From: Methanobacteriota archaeon
GTDB lineage: Archaea; Thermoplasmatota; E2; DHVEG-1
Direction: 5' to 3'
Assembly: GCA_963769885.1 (NCBI GenBank)
Contig: CAVYNH010000006.1
Span: forward strand, 672,001 to 736,000
Length of the DNA: 64,000 nucleotides
The position numbers and the translations under genes are program-made. The notes below the pieces were generated by a model, which saw nothing but the letters and a program-made list of their open reading frames with translations, made no database searches and was not told the DNA's origin. Shown one piece after another: positions 26,301-37,758 of this stretch (positions within the stretch are counted from its first letter, which is position 1; each line of letters begins with the position of its first letter).

Positions 26301-29300
26301 TCAGATAATTAAATAACCCATCTGATCCTGTGTCATTACCATAATCATCGATAGTTAATGGTTTTATAAGAATTCCTTGGAAATCCGAAAAATGATAGTA
26401 TGATGTATTGAAAATTTTCTGATCTATTACATCATAGTGTTCATCTCTTAAAGTGATGATAGGATGATAGATTCCATTTATTTTATTATCAAAAATATCT
26501 TTTCCTAGGATAGAGAAATTCATTTGATGAATCCCACTCGTAAGATATTTAATTATTCTTAGGGACGGTTTCAGTGAAGAATATTCTGGAAAGATACATC
26601 TGGTTCTATTCAGGGTTAATGTCGTTTCTATAACATAATATCCTGGGGTTGAGATATTTACTTTGAATTCATAAATCAGATAATTATATAAGCTATTGTT
26701 ATCATTATCAACACCGTAATCCAGAAAGTAATTAGTTATCTGAGTCCCATTACTCGTGAGAGGTTTAACTCTTGAATCTTTCTCTATACTATTGTTTTCG
26801 ATTGGTGGTGGTGTGTGGCTTTCGTATTTGAATTTTCCCCATTTCCCGAAATGTGCAAAATCTAGCTCTGAGGTGATTTTTCTTTGATTCCCACTAGTCC
26901 CAGAATAGGCTATATCATATCCTAAAATATTATAAGTATCTTTTATTCCATCCCCATCTGTATCTATAAATTCTCCCTTCCACATCTCCCAATATGCTCT
27001 GCTGTCCACGTTAATCCAAGGATCTGTAACAGAAAATCCTTGCGTCACTCGAAAAGTAGGATCATAACCTTTTCCGTTGTAGATACCATAGACATGGTCA
27101 TGGAAATCCCATCGATCTTTATTCATCCAAGTCGTTTGATAAGCGTTTCCACTATCTCCATCGAGCGCAATACAAGGAGTTTTTGTTAAAAATGCTGCAT
27201 CCATTTCTTGATTCGTTATGGTTACTTCCGGATCTTCATCATTATCAAGGTTAAGATAACAATTACTTGACAATTTATTGTATAAATCTTGTTCTCCAAC
27301 ATCAATTCCCAATGTAGCTGCTAAAAACTGTAAAACTTCATGAAATGCGCCACAGCTTCCCTCCTCATTTACAGAATTACTAGGATTGCTAATGTACCGA
27401 GTAATTAAATTATGGGCTGTGTACTCATTGGTAGAGCCGGCTTGGTATCTCCACCGAGGCGTATTAGTAATTTTTTCTGTGATCGTTTTGACAATCACAT
27501 TATCATCAGAGAGTCCATTTGCCCATCGTGTAGCTAAGTCAATATATGCGGGTCGAACTAAATTAGATTTTACCCCCATATAATGATAAATTGCGCCTTC
27601 CTTTACATACCAACCTTTCGCAGTAGGTGCTGCAAAAGTCACGTACACATAGGGAGTAAATGTTTTTGACCATTTGACTTGATTGTTATTGTCCTTGATT
27701 TTAAAAGTAATTGAGAGTGTGTAATTTCCAACGTTATTTGGTGTTGTGATAGCAGTAGTTGTTCCACTATAGCCATCAAAGTTTCCGGAACCTGATTTGC
27801 CGTTAAGACTCCATGTGTATTCAACCTTTGGCGTCCAGGTAGGATTATAATTCTTATCGACTGTTGCTTTTATTTGGAAAGTAGTTCCCTTCACATCTGC
27901 GATATGGCTATTTCTTGTTGGGGTTGTCGCTCCAAGGTTCTGTTGCCAAAAAATATCTCCATCATCGTTTTCGCCATTATTGTTATGGTCGTACTGAACA
28001 TCTTCTAGAGATTCTAGTTTCGTTACGCAAATCAATGGAGGTTGCGTGGATCCAGTAATTTGTGTACTCCCCGCTGAATAGTAGGTGCTGTCGCTGTCGT
28101 AAGCCCATGCTCGAAAATAATAGGTGGTGCCTATGGTAAGACCTGTAACCGTTGTTGCTGAACCAGTGTCGAAATACGCTTGATCTCCTTGTGATGGAGA
28201 ACTGGGATATCCGGTGGTACTGCGCCGAATCATTGTTTTATCGCCATTGGTTCCTTTCGTCCATGAGAGTGAAATCGAGGTAGTTGTTGTTGTTGTCACT
28301 TGGAGGGCTGAGGGATCACCTGGGAGTGTATACTCTGAATCTTGAGCATACCCAGTTGAATACAAGCCTGTACCGCTGTTATATGCCCATGCGCGGTAGT
28401 AATAAATTTGACCTGGGGTTATACCTGTGTTTGTTGTAGAAGTACCTGTTCCATAGTATGCTTGATCTCCATTGGTGTAGGAGGTAGGCCATGTGTCTGT
28501 TCTTCTTCGAATCATTGTATAATCACTACTAGAGCCTCTTGTCCAGGTTAGATAAATTGAGCTAGATGTCGGATTTTGAGCATTCAAATTTGAGGGATCA
28601 CCCGGGGGTGAAGGACCTGATGGATCGGTTCTTCCAGATATCTGGGAGCTTCCTGTCGAGTAATAGGTGCTATCGCTGTCGTACGCCCATGCACTGAAAT
28701 AATAGAGAGTATCTGAACTCAGACCGGTTACTGTAGTTGATGAACCTGTATCAAAATACGCCTGGGTTCCTGATGAGGGGGAGCTGGGATACCCGGTGGT
28801 GCTTCGGCGGATCATTGTCTTATCACCACCAGTTCCTTTTGTCCATGCTAGAGAAATAGAACTTGATGTATGGCCTGTTACATGGAGATTTGAAGGATCA
28901 CCAGGTAATGTGTAAAAGGTTTTATCACTTCCATAGCTGGTCCCCGCACTATTTGATGCAGCAGCTCGAAAATGATAGAGTGTACCTGGAGTGAGGCTAC
29001 TAATACTTGCGGAAAATGCTCCTGTAGACGTTTTTGGTTGATGGGCGGTCTCAGAACCGTAACTCGTTGTCAAACCATATTGAAACCAGACGTCACAAGA
29101 ACTCGCACCGCCCATAGAATCCAGGTTACCATTTAGAGTTGCAGATGTACTTAAAAGGCTTGATGCATCGTTTGTCGTAACTGTTGGTGGGGAAAGTGTT
29201 GTATACACTATATTAAGTTTTGGTCGATAATTTCCTCCTTTTTCAGCCGAATAAACGCAAATATATTCTGGAGTATCTAAAGGATCTTGATCTGGAGGTG

Positions 29301-29923
29301 GAGTACCCTGAGATATCTTTACTGGATCTTAAACAAAGTTTAGTATAACTAGTTTTATTGATCCAACTCAAGGCAGAGGAGACAAAATTAATGTTATTAT
29401 AACTGCCAACTACAAAATTCAATGTGTTAATACTTCCGCCGTTACCTAAATAATGATCCTTAAAATAATCCCCAGTCTCGAGAATAAGATGAGGATACGT
29501 GGGCTGTCCATTTTGTATGACAATATCAAAATTAAATGTGGATGCATCCACACTACCATACATACTTAAGGTTGCGGACGTAATGACGGCAGAATCAGGA
29601 ATAGTTGACGTATCAAAGTAAAGATAGCCTCTATGGATTACATATTGGGGAGGTCCCATATAATAATTATATTGGCCAATTTGAATGAAATCATCTGAAG
29701 TTAAAACAGCATTTCCAGTTTGAGCACTCCAAGCTTCTGGATAAGTTGAATAACCATACTTATAAATTCTTCCGTCATAAGTAGAACTATAAACAGTAAT
29801 ATCTGTTAATTGAGGACCTTTTGATAAAGGGGATGCAAAGACCCTGCATATATTAAAATTACTCATTGATAATATTATTATTACTAAAAATAAAATTAAT
29901 TCCTTCCTCCATTTCGTTTTCAT
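23335..29923 (-). CDS. Giant (~2,200 aa) secreted multidomain protein: DNRLRE-like domain, FN3 repeats, transglutaminase-like core, Ig-like repeats, PKD domains (split by one extra base at ~29307)
   Basis: Removing one base at GTACCC (29303-29308) joins ORFs 29243-29923 and 23335-29208; GSCGAF/FHDHV/YDPTF triad; WDFGDG PKD motifs. Confidence 0.8.
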
Positions 29924-29925
29924 TT

Positions 29926-30945
29926 TTATAACCTCCCGACCAATTCATTTTTCTCTCCAAAATTTTTAAATAAATTCGATAAAATAACAGAATTAAAAAA
30001 ACCAAAAATAAAAATTGGATTATTATCAATAATAACGCCTATATATTTTCTGACAATGACGATCTCCGTGTCTTTTGGAGGGAAAGTTAGTCTCATTGGA
30101 AAATGTAAATATGCAATTTTAACTACGCGAAAATAAATATAATCACCTACGGGGCGTAAATCGGAAATCGAACCAACAATTATCGATTCCTCCAGATACT
30201 GACGAATCTCAAAGATATGAATGATAAATGAAACATTCTCCGACATAGCCCCATAAATATCTCGGGCAGCGATGTTAACCGTGTAATTTCCTTCTGCACT
30301 CCAATTATGACTTAGGATCGTTAAGGCTCCTGAGGTAAAAGGGCCGTATTCCATGATAGTACCATCGCCCCAATTCACAGAATAATTCAGCTCATCATTC
30401 TCTGGATCAACAGATGATATAGTCAAATTATATTGATACCCAGGTAACCACCACGTCGGATTGATTCCCGTTGGTGTCCCAGGCGGCATGTTTTGTGTTT
30501 TTTCTGTCGTGAAGTTCCACAACGGCCCGACAGTTGAAGCACTTTGGTTGTCCCAAGCGACAATCTGCCAATAATAAAGAGCATTATAGGCGAGGGATCC
30601 AGGATCATATGTGGTTTCTGTCTGGTTCTCCGAAATCTTTGGCGGTGGAGCAGTGATCCCAAAGTACACGTCGTAGGTCACGGGGTCGCCATCAGGGTCA
30701 CCACCAGTCCAGTTCAGAAATGTGGGAATGCTGACATTAACTGCGCCATTGGACGGATTGGGATTGCTGGGAATGTTCGGTGGATGATTCACCCTCTGAA
30801 TGCTTTTCCCGTAAACGAAAAATGTTCCAACGCCGCTCGATGTAGTTCCTAAGAGAAAAAGAATTGCCCCGACTCCAAGGAGCTGTAGTTTCCGGTTTTT
30901 GAACCTGCTTTGGAAAAATAAGGTCTTGTTCCTTTCCCTTCTCAT
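29926..30945 (-). CDS. Secreted PKD/Ig-like protein, paralogous to the C-terminus of the giant protein
   Basis: WTGGDPDGDPVTYDVYFG, NPTWWLPG, VNWGDG and C-terminal VG...D.R.VGD..Y.R..KI.Y shared with 23335-29923. Confidence 0.75.
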   Translation of the reverse strand: MRRERNKTLFFQSRFKNRKLQLLGVGAILFLLGTTSSGVGTFFVYGKSIQRVNHPPNIPSNPNPSNGAVNVSIPTFLNWTGGDPDGDPVTYDVYFGITAPPPKISENQTETTYDPGSLAYNALYYWQIVAWDNQSASTVGPLWNFTTEKTQNMPPGTPTGINPTWWLPGYQYNLTISSVDPENDELNYSVNWGDGTIMEYGPFTSGALTILSHNWSAEGNYTVNIAARDIYGAMSENVSFIIHIFEIRQYLEESIIVGSISDLRPVGDYIYFRVVKIAYLHFPMRLTFPPKDTEIVIVRKYIGVIIDNNPIFIFGFFNSVILSNLFKNFGEKNELVGRL

Positions 30946-30996
30946 CTCTGTCGCCTCTTGAATCTGTTTTCTTATTTGAGCAGTTGGTGACTCGAT

Positions 30997-31527
30997 TTAG
31001 AGGGAGCGTTTGATGATGCGGGGTTCGTCTTTACTAACGGCGATGAAGCCTCCCCCGATGCCAGCAATGCGTGGCCTCATATTCGCGGAGTATCCGAAAC
31101 AGCTCTTGATGAGCACCCCATGGGTTCCATTCACGACCGTCATGTTGATGAGGTCATCTGGTTTAGTAACAATGGTATATCCGTTCATCCGATAAGTGAA
31201 AATCCCAAGGATAATCCCGCGGGGACAAAGGAAAATACGTGGCAACTTCGGCGGAAACAGGAACTGAAGGCCGACGATTCCGACAGAGACCGTTAGCCAC
31301 TGCTCGGTATCATTTTGTAAGAACTGAGAGAGGAATTTCCGGAGCTCTCCATCCTTCTGCAAGAGATCCGTATACGTTTTTCGTATAGCCTCCGTTGAAG
31401 GACTCTCCAGACCGGGACCAAGTCGTCGTGCAGCCACAGGCGTCTGGAAACTGGGTAGAACAGAGGCGATAAATATTAAGAAGAGCGCTGCTAAACAGAT
31501 ACCTTTTCCTCGCAAGGTGTTATGCAT
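30997..31527 (-). CDS. Secreted hypothetical protein
   Basis: Signal peptide after ATG 31527; same orientation as the surface-protein cluster. Confidence 0.6.
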   Translation of the reverse strand: MHNTLRGKGICLAALFLIFIASVLPSFQTPVAARRLGPGLESPSTEAIRKTYTDLLQKDGELRKFLSQFLQNDTEQWLTVSVGIVGLQFLFPPKLPRIFLCPRGIILGIFTYRMNGYTIVTKPDDLINMTVVNGTHGVLIKSCFGYSANMRPRIAGIGGGFIAVSKDEPRIIKRSL

Positions 31528-31984
31528 GATGCCTTTCTCCCCGCAGTAAATGCATTTAATAGAAACATTTAAAGGTTTTGAAAAGGCTTGTTTCACAACA
31601 AAATAATCAAAAAAATTCTTGAGGATTCATCATTATCGATTTTTTCAATAATGATTGTACATTATCCTGAGTTAAATTCGCCTAGCTAAAAGCGCTCAAA
31701 TTTCCTTTGAAAAATAAAAAAGATGAAAAAATTTAAGGGGCGATAACCAAATTAGAAAACGAAATCGTGTCTGAGCCTCCCTTATCTACCATCAGCCCTT
31801 TACCACAACACTGAAATAAACGGCAGCGACAACCGACATTCCCGACCACCCGGAGAGATGAAAAGGAAAACGCTTAATATCTAACAGCCGTTTGCCGGTC
31901 TCGACGAGACCACACCCACACCACACCCGCTCGCCGACACCGTTCAACCAACTCACACTCACTGAAGGGGGGGCACAGTCAACC

Positions 31985-33922
31985 ATGAATCACCCGACTC
32001 TTATCATCAGCAAAAAAGACCTCGCTGTGTTCGTCAACAACCTCATCCACGACACGACCTACGATGTCGTCGGCCCCCAAGCCAAAGGAGACAAACGCTT
32101 CGCCTTCGACACCCTCCAGGACGCCAGCCAACTCCGCCTCGACTACGACACCACCATCCTACCGCCGAAGAAATACTTCCTCCCCCCCTGCGAGACACTA
32201 ATAGAATACAACCTCAAGAAATCCTTCGACGCCACACCCTGCATCGACAACAAACCCAGAATCATCATCGGCATGCACCCCTACGACGTCATCGCCCTCC
32301 AATACAGCGACAAGGTCTACCAAGACTACCAAAAAGACGACTTCTACCACAAACGCCGCCAAAACACCATCATCATCGCCAGCGACATCGAAACCGTCTA
32401 CGAACGCAGCTTCGCCGCCAGCATGGGCACCCACACCACGGACACCGGCTACGACCTCCTCCTCACCAACATCGGAGTACACTACGCCATCACCATCGGC
32501 ACCGACAAAGGACGCAAACTCCTCAACACACACGCCACCACCAAAAAAACCACGCCCGCCGACCTCAAACGCGTCACCGACACCCGCGCCAGGCTCGCCG
32601 GCAAATACAAACGCACCCTCAAAGCACCCAAAGAAGACTGGCCCAAGATCCTCGCCGCCAACTACGACCACAGCCTCTGGGAAGAAAAAGCGGACCGCTG
32701 CATGGAATGCAGCTCCTGCACCATCGTCTGCCCCACCTGCTACTGCTACGACGTCCACGACACCACCGACCTCACCCTCACAGACGGCGAACGCTACCGC
32801 ACCTGGGACGGCTGCATGCTCAAAGACTTCGGCAGGATCGGCAGCGGCGAAGTCTTCCGCAAAGACACCAAGGAACGCTACCGCCACCGCTTCTACCGCA
32901 AAGGCAACTACCTCCCAGCCCGCTACGGCTACATCGCCTGCGTCGGCTGCGGCCGCTGCGGCATGGCCTGCCTCCCCGACATCGCCGACCCCTACAACGT
33001 CTTCAACGAACTCGTCCGCTTCGGCACCAGCCCCGACACCGACCACTACTACATCCGCCGCAACCCCAAACCCCACGAAAAAGGCATCATCCACACCCCA
33101 CGCCCCGCCACCATCACCCGCATCCAACGCCTCACCACCCAAGAGACCCTCTACGAACTCCGCCTCGACGACGCCAACCCCCTCGGCCACAAACCCGGCC
33201 AATTCGTCGAAATCAGCGTCTTCGGCGTCGGCGAAGCCCCCTTCTGCGTCAGCAGCGCCCCCACCACCACCCCCACATTTGAAATCGCCGTCAGAAAAGT
33301 CGGCAGCGTCACCACCAAGCTCGCCGCCCTCTCCGTCGGCGACAAGGTCGGCGTCCGCGGCCCCTTAGGCGTCGGCTTCGACACCAAAGCCTACGAGAAA
33401 AAAGACCTCCTCCTCACCGCCGGCGGCATCGGCATCTTCCCCATGCGCAGCCTCATCAACTACGTCCTCGCCCCCGAAAACCGACCCAAATACAAGAGCA
33501 TCACCATCCTCTACGGCGCCAAAAAACCCAGCGAGATCATGTTCCAAAACGAAGTCAACCAATGGAAAAAAATCGAAGGCGTCCAAGTCGAACAGACCGT
33601 CGACCGCTGCGACGCCAGCGACTGCTGGGTCGGCTGCACCGGCCTCATCACCACCCTCTTCCCCAAAGTCCAAACAAGCAAACTCGACATCAAAAACACC
33701 ATCGCCGTCGTCATCGGCCCCCCAATCATGTACAAGTTCGTCATCAAATGCCTCCAAACCATCGGCATCACCGACAACCACATCTACGTCAGCCTCGAAC
33801 GCCGCATGAAGTGCGGCGTCGCCAAATGCGGCCACTGCCAACTCAACGGCATCTACGTCTGCAAAGAAGGCCCCGTCTTCAACAACAAAGAACTCCTCAA
33901 CCTCCCGGAGGCATTCGAATGA
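31985..33922 (+). CDS. Group 3b (sulf)hydrogenase fused beta (4Fe-4S) and gamma (FAD/NAD(P), 2Fe-2S) subunit
   Basis: CMECSSCTIVCPTCYC and CVGCGRCGMAC (beta/AsrA-like), then PGQF, AGGIG, GPPIM, MKCGVAKCGHC (gamma/AsrB-like) in one frame. Confidence 0.9.
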   Translation: MNHPTLIISKKDLAVFVNNLIHDTTYDVVGPQAKGDKRFAFDTLQDASQLRLDYDTTILPPKKYFLPPCETLIEYNLKKSFDATPCIDNKPRIIIGMHPYDVIALQYSDKVYQDYQKDDFYHKRRQNTIIIASDIETVYERSFAASMGTHTTDTGYDLLLTNIGVHYAITIGTDKGRKLLNTHATTKKTTPADLKRVTDTRARLAGKYKRTLKAPKEDWPKILAANYDHSLWEEKADRCMECSSCTIVCPTCYCYDVHDTTDLTLTDGERYRTWDGCMLKDFGRIGSGEVFRKDTKERYRHRFYRKGNYLPARYGYIACVGCGRCGMACLPDIADPYNVFNELVRFGTSPDTDHYYIRRNPKPHEKGIIHTPRPATITRIQRLTTQETLYELRLDDANPLGHKPGQFVEISVFGVGEAPFCVSSAPTTTPTFEIAVRKVGSVTTKLAALSVGDKVGVRGPLGVGFDTKAYEKKDLLLTAGGIGIFPMRSLINYVLAPENRPKYKSITILYGAKKPSEIMFQNEVNQWKKIEGVQVEQTVDRCDASDCWVGCTGLITTLFPKVQTSKLDIKNTIAVVIGPPIMYKFVIKCLQTIGITDNHIYVSLERRMKCGVAKCGHCQLNGIYVCKEGPVFNNKELLNLPEAFE

Positions 33923-34668
33923 CCAAACCCCGCGTCGCCGTCTTCGACTTCGCCGACTGCGAAGGCTGCGAACTCCAAATCGCCAACCTCGAAGAAGAAC
34001 TCCTCGACCTCCTCACCCTCGTCGACATCGTCAGCTTCCGCGAAATCATGACCGAACACAGCGACGACTACGACATCGCCTTGGTCGAAGGCAGCATCAT
34101 GCGCCCCATCGACGAAGAACGCCTCCGCTACATCCGCAGCCGCGCCAAAATCCTCGTCGCCCTCGGCGCCTGCGCCGCCACCGGCTGCGTCAACACCATC
34201 CGCAACCAATGGACCCCAGACAACGTCAAAAAAGAAGTCTACGGCACCGCCCCCCTCAACAAGACCCTCTTCGACGTCGGCCCCGCCAAAGCCCTCAACG
34301 AAGTCGTCCCCGTCGACTACTACCTCCACGGCTGCCCCATCGACCGCAACGAATTCAAAGCCGTCATCACCGCCCTCGCCCTAGGCAAAAAACCGGAAAT
34401 CCCCACCTACCCAGTCTGCGTCGAATGCAAGAAAAACGAGAACATCTGCCAATACGAACTCGGCAACTTCTGCCTCGGCCCCATCACCCGCGCCGGCTGC
34501 AACGCCATCTGCCCCACCCACAACTCCCCCTGCGACGGCTGCCGCGGCATCCTCAAAAAACCGGACACCGAATGCATCAACAACCTCGTCACCCGCTACA
34601 ACCTCACCTACGAAGAACTCACACAACGCTGCACCATCTACAACTCCGGCAAGGAGGCCTGCAAATGA
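33919..34668 (+). CDS. hydD: Group 3b [NiFe]-hydrogenase small (delta) subunit
   Basis: DCEGC, GACA, GCP, CVEC, CLGP...C.AICP....CDGCRG. Confidence 0.92.
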   Translation: MTKPRVAVFDFADCEGCELQIANLEEELLDLLTLVDIVSFREIMTEHSDDYDIALVEGSIMRPIDEERLRYIRSRAKILVALGACAATGCVNTIRNQWTPDNVKKEVYGTAPLNKTLFDVGPAKALNEVVPVDYYLHGCPIDRNEFKAVITALALGKKPEIPTYPVCVECKKNENICQYELGNFCLGPITRAGCNAICPTHNSPCDGCRGILKKPDTECINNLVTRYNLTYEELTQRCTIYNSGKEACK

Positions 34669-35969
34669 CCAAAGACGCCCACATCCACGTCCACCACCTC
34701 ACCAGAGTCGAAGGACACGGTGACATCGTCCTCGACGTCAAAGCAGGCAAGATCCAACAACTCCAATGGCAAGTCGTCGAAGCACCCCGCTTCTTCGAAG
34801 CCATGCTCCGCGGCCGCCACTACACCGACCTCCGCCCCATCACCAGCCGCATCTGCGGCATCTGCAGCATCGGCCACTCCCTCGCCAGCCTCAAAGCCAC
34901 CGAAGACGCCCTCAACGTCAAACTCACCGACCAAACCCAACTCCTCCGCCGCCTCGCCATCAACGCCGAAAACATGCAAAGCCACATCCTCCACATCGGC
35001 TACCTCGCCGCCCCCGACCTCCTCGGCGTCGGCAGCGTCGTCCCCCTCGCCGGCTCCAAAAACCACGCCATCCTCCTCAAAATCGTCACCCTCCACCGCC
35101 TCTCCAACCAGATGAGCGACCTCATCTGCGGACGCACCATGCACCCCATCCGCCTCGTCATCGGCGGGTTCACCATGACCCCCACCAAAAAACAACTCGA
35201 AACCCTCAAAACCCGCCTCAAGGAAGCCCTCCCCCTCGCCCAAGACCTCATCGCCGTCCTCCAAAGACTCCAAGACAAACTCCCCGACTTCGAACGCGAA
35301 ACCGAATACATCGCCCTCTCCAGTGACAAAGAATACGCCCTCTACGACGGCACCATGACCTCCACCGACACCGGCCCCTTCACCCAAAACAAGAACTACC
35401 AATCGCTGATGAAGGAATACGTCGTCCCCCAGTCCACCGCCAAATACGCTAAACACGCCCGCGACTCCTACTTCGTCGGCGCCCTCGCCCGCTTCAACCT
35501 CAACAGCCGCCAACTCCACCCCCGGGCCCAGGAGACCGCCGAGTACTTCGACCTGCACGCCCCCTGCTACAACCCCTTCCTCAACACCTTCGCCCAGATG
35601 GTCGAGTTCGTCCACAACATCGAGGACTCCCTCCAGATCATCGATCAGCTCCTCAACCGGGGCATCAAAGACGAGAAACCCGCCGCCGCCGTCCCGAAGG
35701 CCGGCCGCGGCGTCGGCATCGTGGAAGTCCCCCGGGGCCTCCTCGTCCATGACTATACCTTAGATAAGAACGGGAACTGCACGAAAGCGAACTGCATCAT
35801 CCCCACGAACCAGAACCATGCCAACATCCAGCTCGATATGGAGAAACTGGTCCCCACGATTCTCCATAAGAGCGAAAAAGAGATTGAGTTGACCCTGGAG
35901 ATGCTCGTGCGGGCATACGACCCCTGTGTTTCCTGTTCCACTCATTACCTTTCCGTGAGGTTCGTCTGA
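34665..35969 (+). CDS. hydA: Group 3b [NiFe]-hydrogenase large (alpha) subunit
   Basis: TRVEGHG, RICGIC (L1), DPCVSCSTH (L2) with short cleavable tail. Confidence 0.95.
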   Translation: MTKDAHIHVHHLTRVEGHGDIVLDVKAGKIQQLQWQVVEAPRFFEAMLRGRHYTDLRPITSRICGICSIGHSLASLKATEDALNVKLTDQTQLLRRLAINAENMQSHILHIGYLAAPDLLGVGSVVPLAGSKNHAILLKIVTLHRLSNQMSDLICGRTMHPIRLVIGGFTMTPTKKQLETLKTRLKEALPLAQDLIAVLQRLQDKLPDFERETEYIALSSDKEYALYDGTMTSTDTGPFTQNKNYQSLMKEYVVPQSTAKYAKHARDSYFVGALARFNLNSRQLHPRAQETAEYFDLHAPCYNPFLNTFAQMVEFVHNIEDSLQIIDQLLNRGIKDEKPAAAVPKAGRGVGIVEVPRGLLVHDYTLDKNGNCTKANCIIPTNQNHANIQLDMEKLVPTILHKSEKEIELTLEMLVRAYDPCVSCSTHYLSVRFV

Positions 35970-35986
35970 GCCTCACACGTTTTCCT

Positions 35987-36463
35987 ATGCACGTTGGCGT
36001 CATCGGATTGGGCAGCCCGCTTCGCGGGGACGACGGAGTCGGCATCGTCCTTCTTCATCGGGTTCAGGCGAAGAAGAAGCCGGCCTGGCAGGAGATCGAG
36101 TTCATCGACGGCGGCACTGGCGGGTTGTCACTGGTCCACGACCTCACCCGGTTCACGCATGTGTTGATCATCGACGCGGTGGACTTCCAGGGCGAACCTG
36201 GGGAGTATCATCTCTTTGTCGCCAGTGATTTTCTCGCCAGCAGCACGCCGCCCAAGACGCTGTCGACACATGAACCCGGGCTCGCCGAGGACTTGCGCCT
36301 CGCCTGCCAGCTGCATACCTTGCCGGGTGTGGTGGAGATTTTCGGCGTGCAGCCTGAAAACATGGCATATAAGATGGGGCTCAGCCCGGCGGTCTCGGCG
36401 CAGGTGGATTCGTTGGCTCGGAGTCTGTCGTCGCTGTTGAATCAGCTTCCCCGCCTTCGGTGA
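35987..36463 (+). CDS. Hydrogenase maturation protease
   Basis: GLGSPLRGDDGVG, IDGGT, IIDAV, STH. Confidence 0.9.
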   Translation: MHVGVIGLGSPLRGDDGVGIVLLHRVQAKKKPAWQEIEFIDGGTGGLSLVHDLTRFTHVLIIDAVDFQGEPGEYHLFVASDFLASSTPPKTLSTHEPGLAEDLRLACQLHTLPGVVEIFGVQPENMAYKMGLSPAVSAQVDSLARSLSSLLNQLPRLR

Positions 36464-37685
36464 CCTCGTGTTCCTGCATGAGTGGCGCAGGCGGCATCCG
36501 TTTTTTCCAAATATAAGATAAGACGAGGGTGGTGGCGACGCTGATGATGAGAAGCCCGATGGGGGCCCAGACATTCTGGAGGACCATGAAGTCCGCAACG
36601 AACAGGATGCCGAAGGAAAGGATCATGATGCCGGAAAGAAGCTTCAGCTGGCGGGCGCGCCATTCTGAGAGCTTCGCCCTGCCGAGGGTGAAGGTGAACG
36701 CGAGGAGGATGGCGATGAGAGGGATGACGTAGACGATGTTGTAGAGGATAAGGTACAAGTAATGAGTCGTGGTAGGGAGGTGGTAGGCAGCGAGCTGGGT
36801 GGTGTAGACGAGGGGGAAGCCGAGGGTGCAGAGGAGTTCGTAGAAGTTGACGGTGACGGCGAGGAAGATGGCGCCGCCGAGGATGGCGGGAAGGTACGAT
36901 GCGCGGACGAGGCTGCGGGTCCGGTCGAAGATCACGGTGCGTTTTTCCTCGGGGATGCTGAGGCTGGGGCCTTGTTTGAAGTAGAAGAAGTCCTTGATGT
37001 TAAGGATGCCCATGGCGAGGGCGACGATGCCAGCGGCAAGCGAGATGATCCTGATGTTTTGGAGGACGGCGAGGGTGTTGAAGAGGAGGAACATGAAGAG
37101 GAAGTAGATGAAGCCGGAGAAGAAGATGAAGATGCCGCCGACGAGGAGCATCTTGCGTCTGGATTGCAGGGAGATGAGGAGGCTGAGGAGGAAGAAGAGG
37201 ACGAAGAAGGAGCAGGGGTTGATGCTGTCGAGGGCGCCGAGGGTGACAGTGAGGACGGGGAGGGAGAGGCTGGTGAGGTCAAGTCTGCCGATGAGGGGTA
37301 AGAAGATGGTGGTTTCATTTTGGGTGTAGTTGGATGACAGGTTGCGGATGTAGCTGTCGAGGATATCTGCGATAGTGTTGTAGGTGATGTTGTCGCTGAT
37401 GATTTTGGTCTGGTTTTGGATGAGGACGGCGGGGTATTGGGTGAAGCCGTGGGAGTGGAAGTCCTGCATGTTGGTGGCGTTGGTGAGTTCGAGCATGAGG
37501 ACGGTGACGGTGGCGGAGTAGTTGTGTTGGATGGCGGTGATGATCGGGATTTTTTCGCGGCAGTGGGAGCAGGATTCGGCATAGTAGTATTTGAGGGTGA
37601 GGGGGGTGGCGGCGCTGACGGGTGGGATGAGAAGTAGGAGGGTGAGGAGAAGGATGATGGTGAGGATGAGGGTCTTGTGGGGCAT
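36381..37685 (-). CDS. Thioredoxin-like domain fused to CcdA/DsbD-like membrane domain
   Basis: Signal peptide, CSHC, then TM domain with DSINPC and ELLCT.GFP. Confidence 0.8.
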   Translation of the reverse strand: MPHKTLILTIILLLTLLLLIPPVSAATPLTLKYYYAESCSHCREKIPIITAIQHNYSATVTVLMLELTNATNMQDFHSHGFTQYPAVLIQNQTKIISDNITYNTIADILDSYIRNLSSNYTQNETTIFLPLIGRLDLTSLSLPVLTVTLGALDSINPCSFFVLFFLLSLLISLQSRRKMLLVGGIFIFFSGFIYFLFMFLLFNTLAVLQNIRIISLAAGIVALAMGILNIKDFFYFKQGPSLSIPEEKRTVIFDRTRSLVRASYLPAILGGAIFLAVTVNFYELLCTLGFPLVYTTQLAAYHLPTTTHYLYLILYNIVYVIPLIAILLAFTFTLGRAKLSEWRARQLKLLSGIMILSFGILFVADFMVLQNVWAPIGLLIISVATTLVLSYIWKKRMPPAPLMQEHEVTEGGEADSTATTDSEPTNPPAPRPPG

Positions 37686-37758
37686 TCGGGGTCGGGGCCG
37701 CCTAGGGCTGGTAGGTCCTTGGTTTTCTATCCGAGGCGTGTATTTTATGGTTTGTGTC

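Noticed and set aside
34665-35969. [NiFeSe] hydrogenase or selenocysteine recoding
   Set aside because: The L2 motif is DPCVSC with ordinary Cys codons and there is no in-frame TGA.
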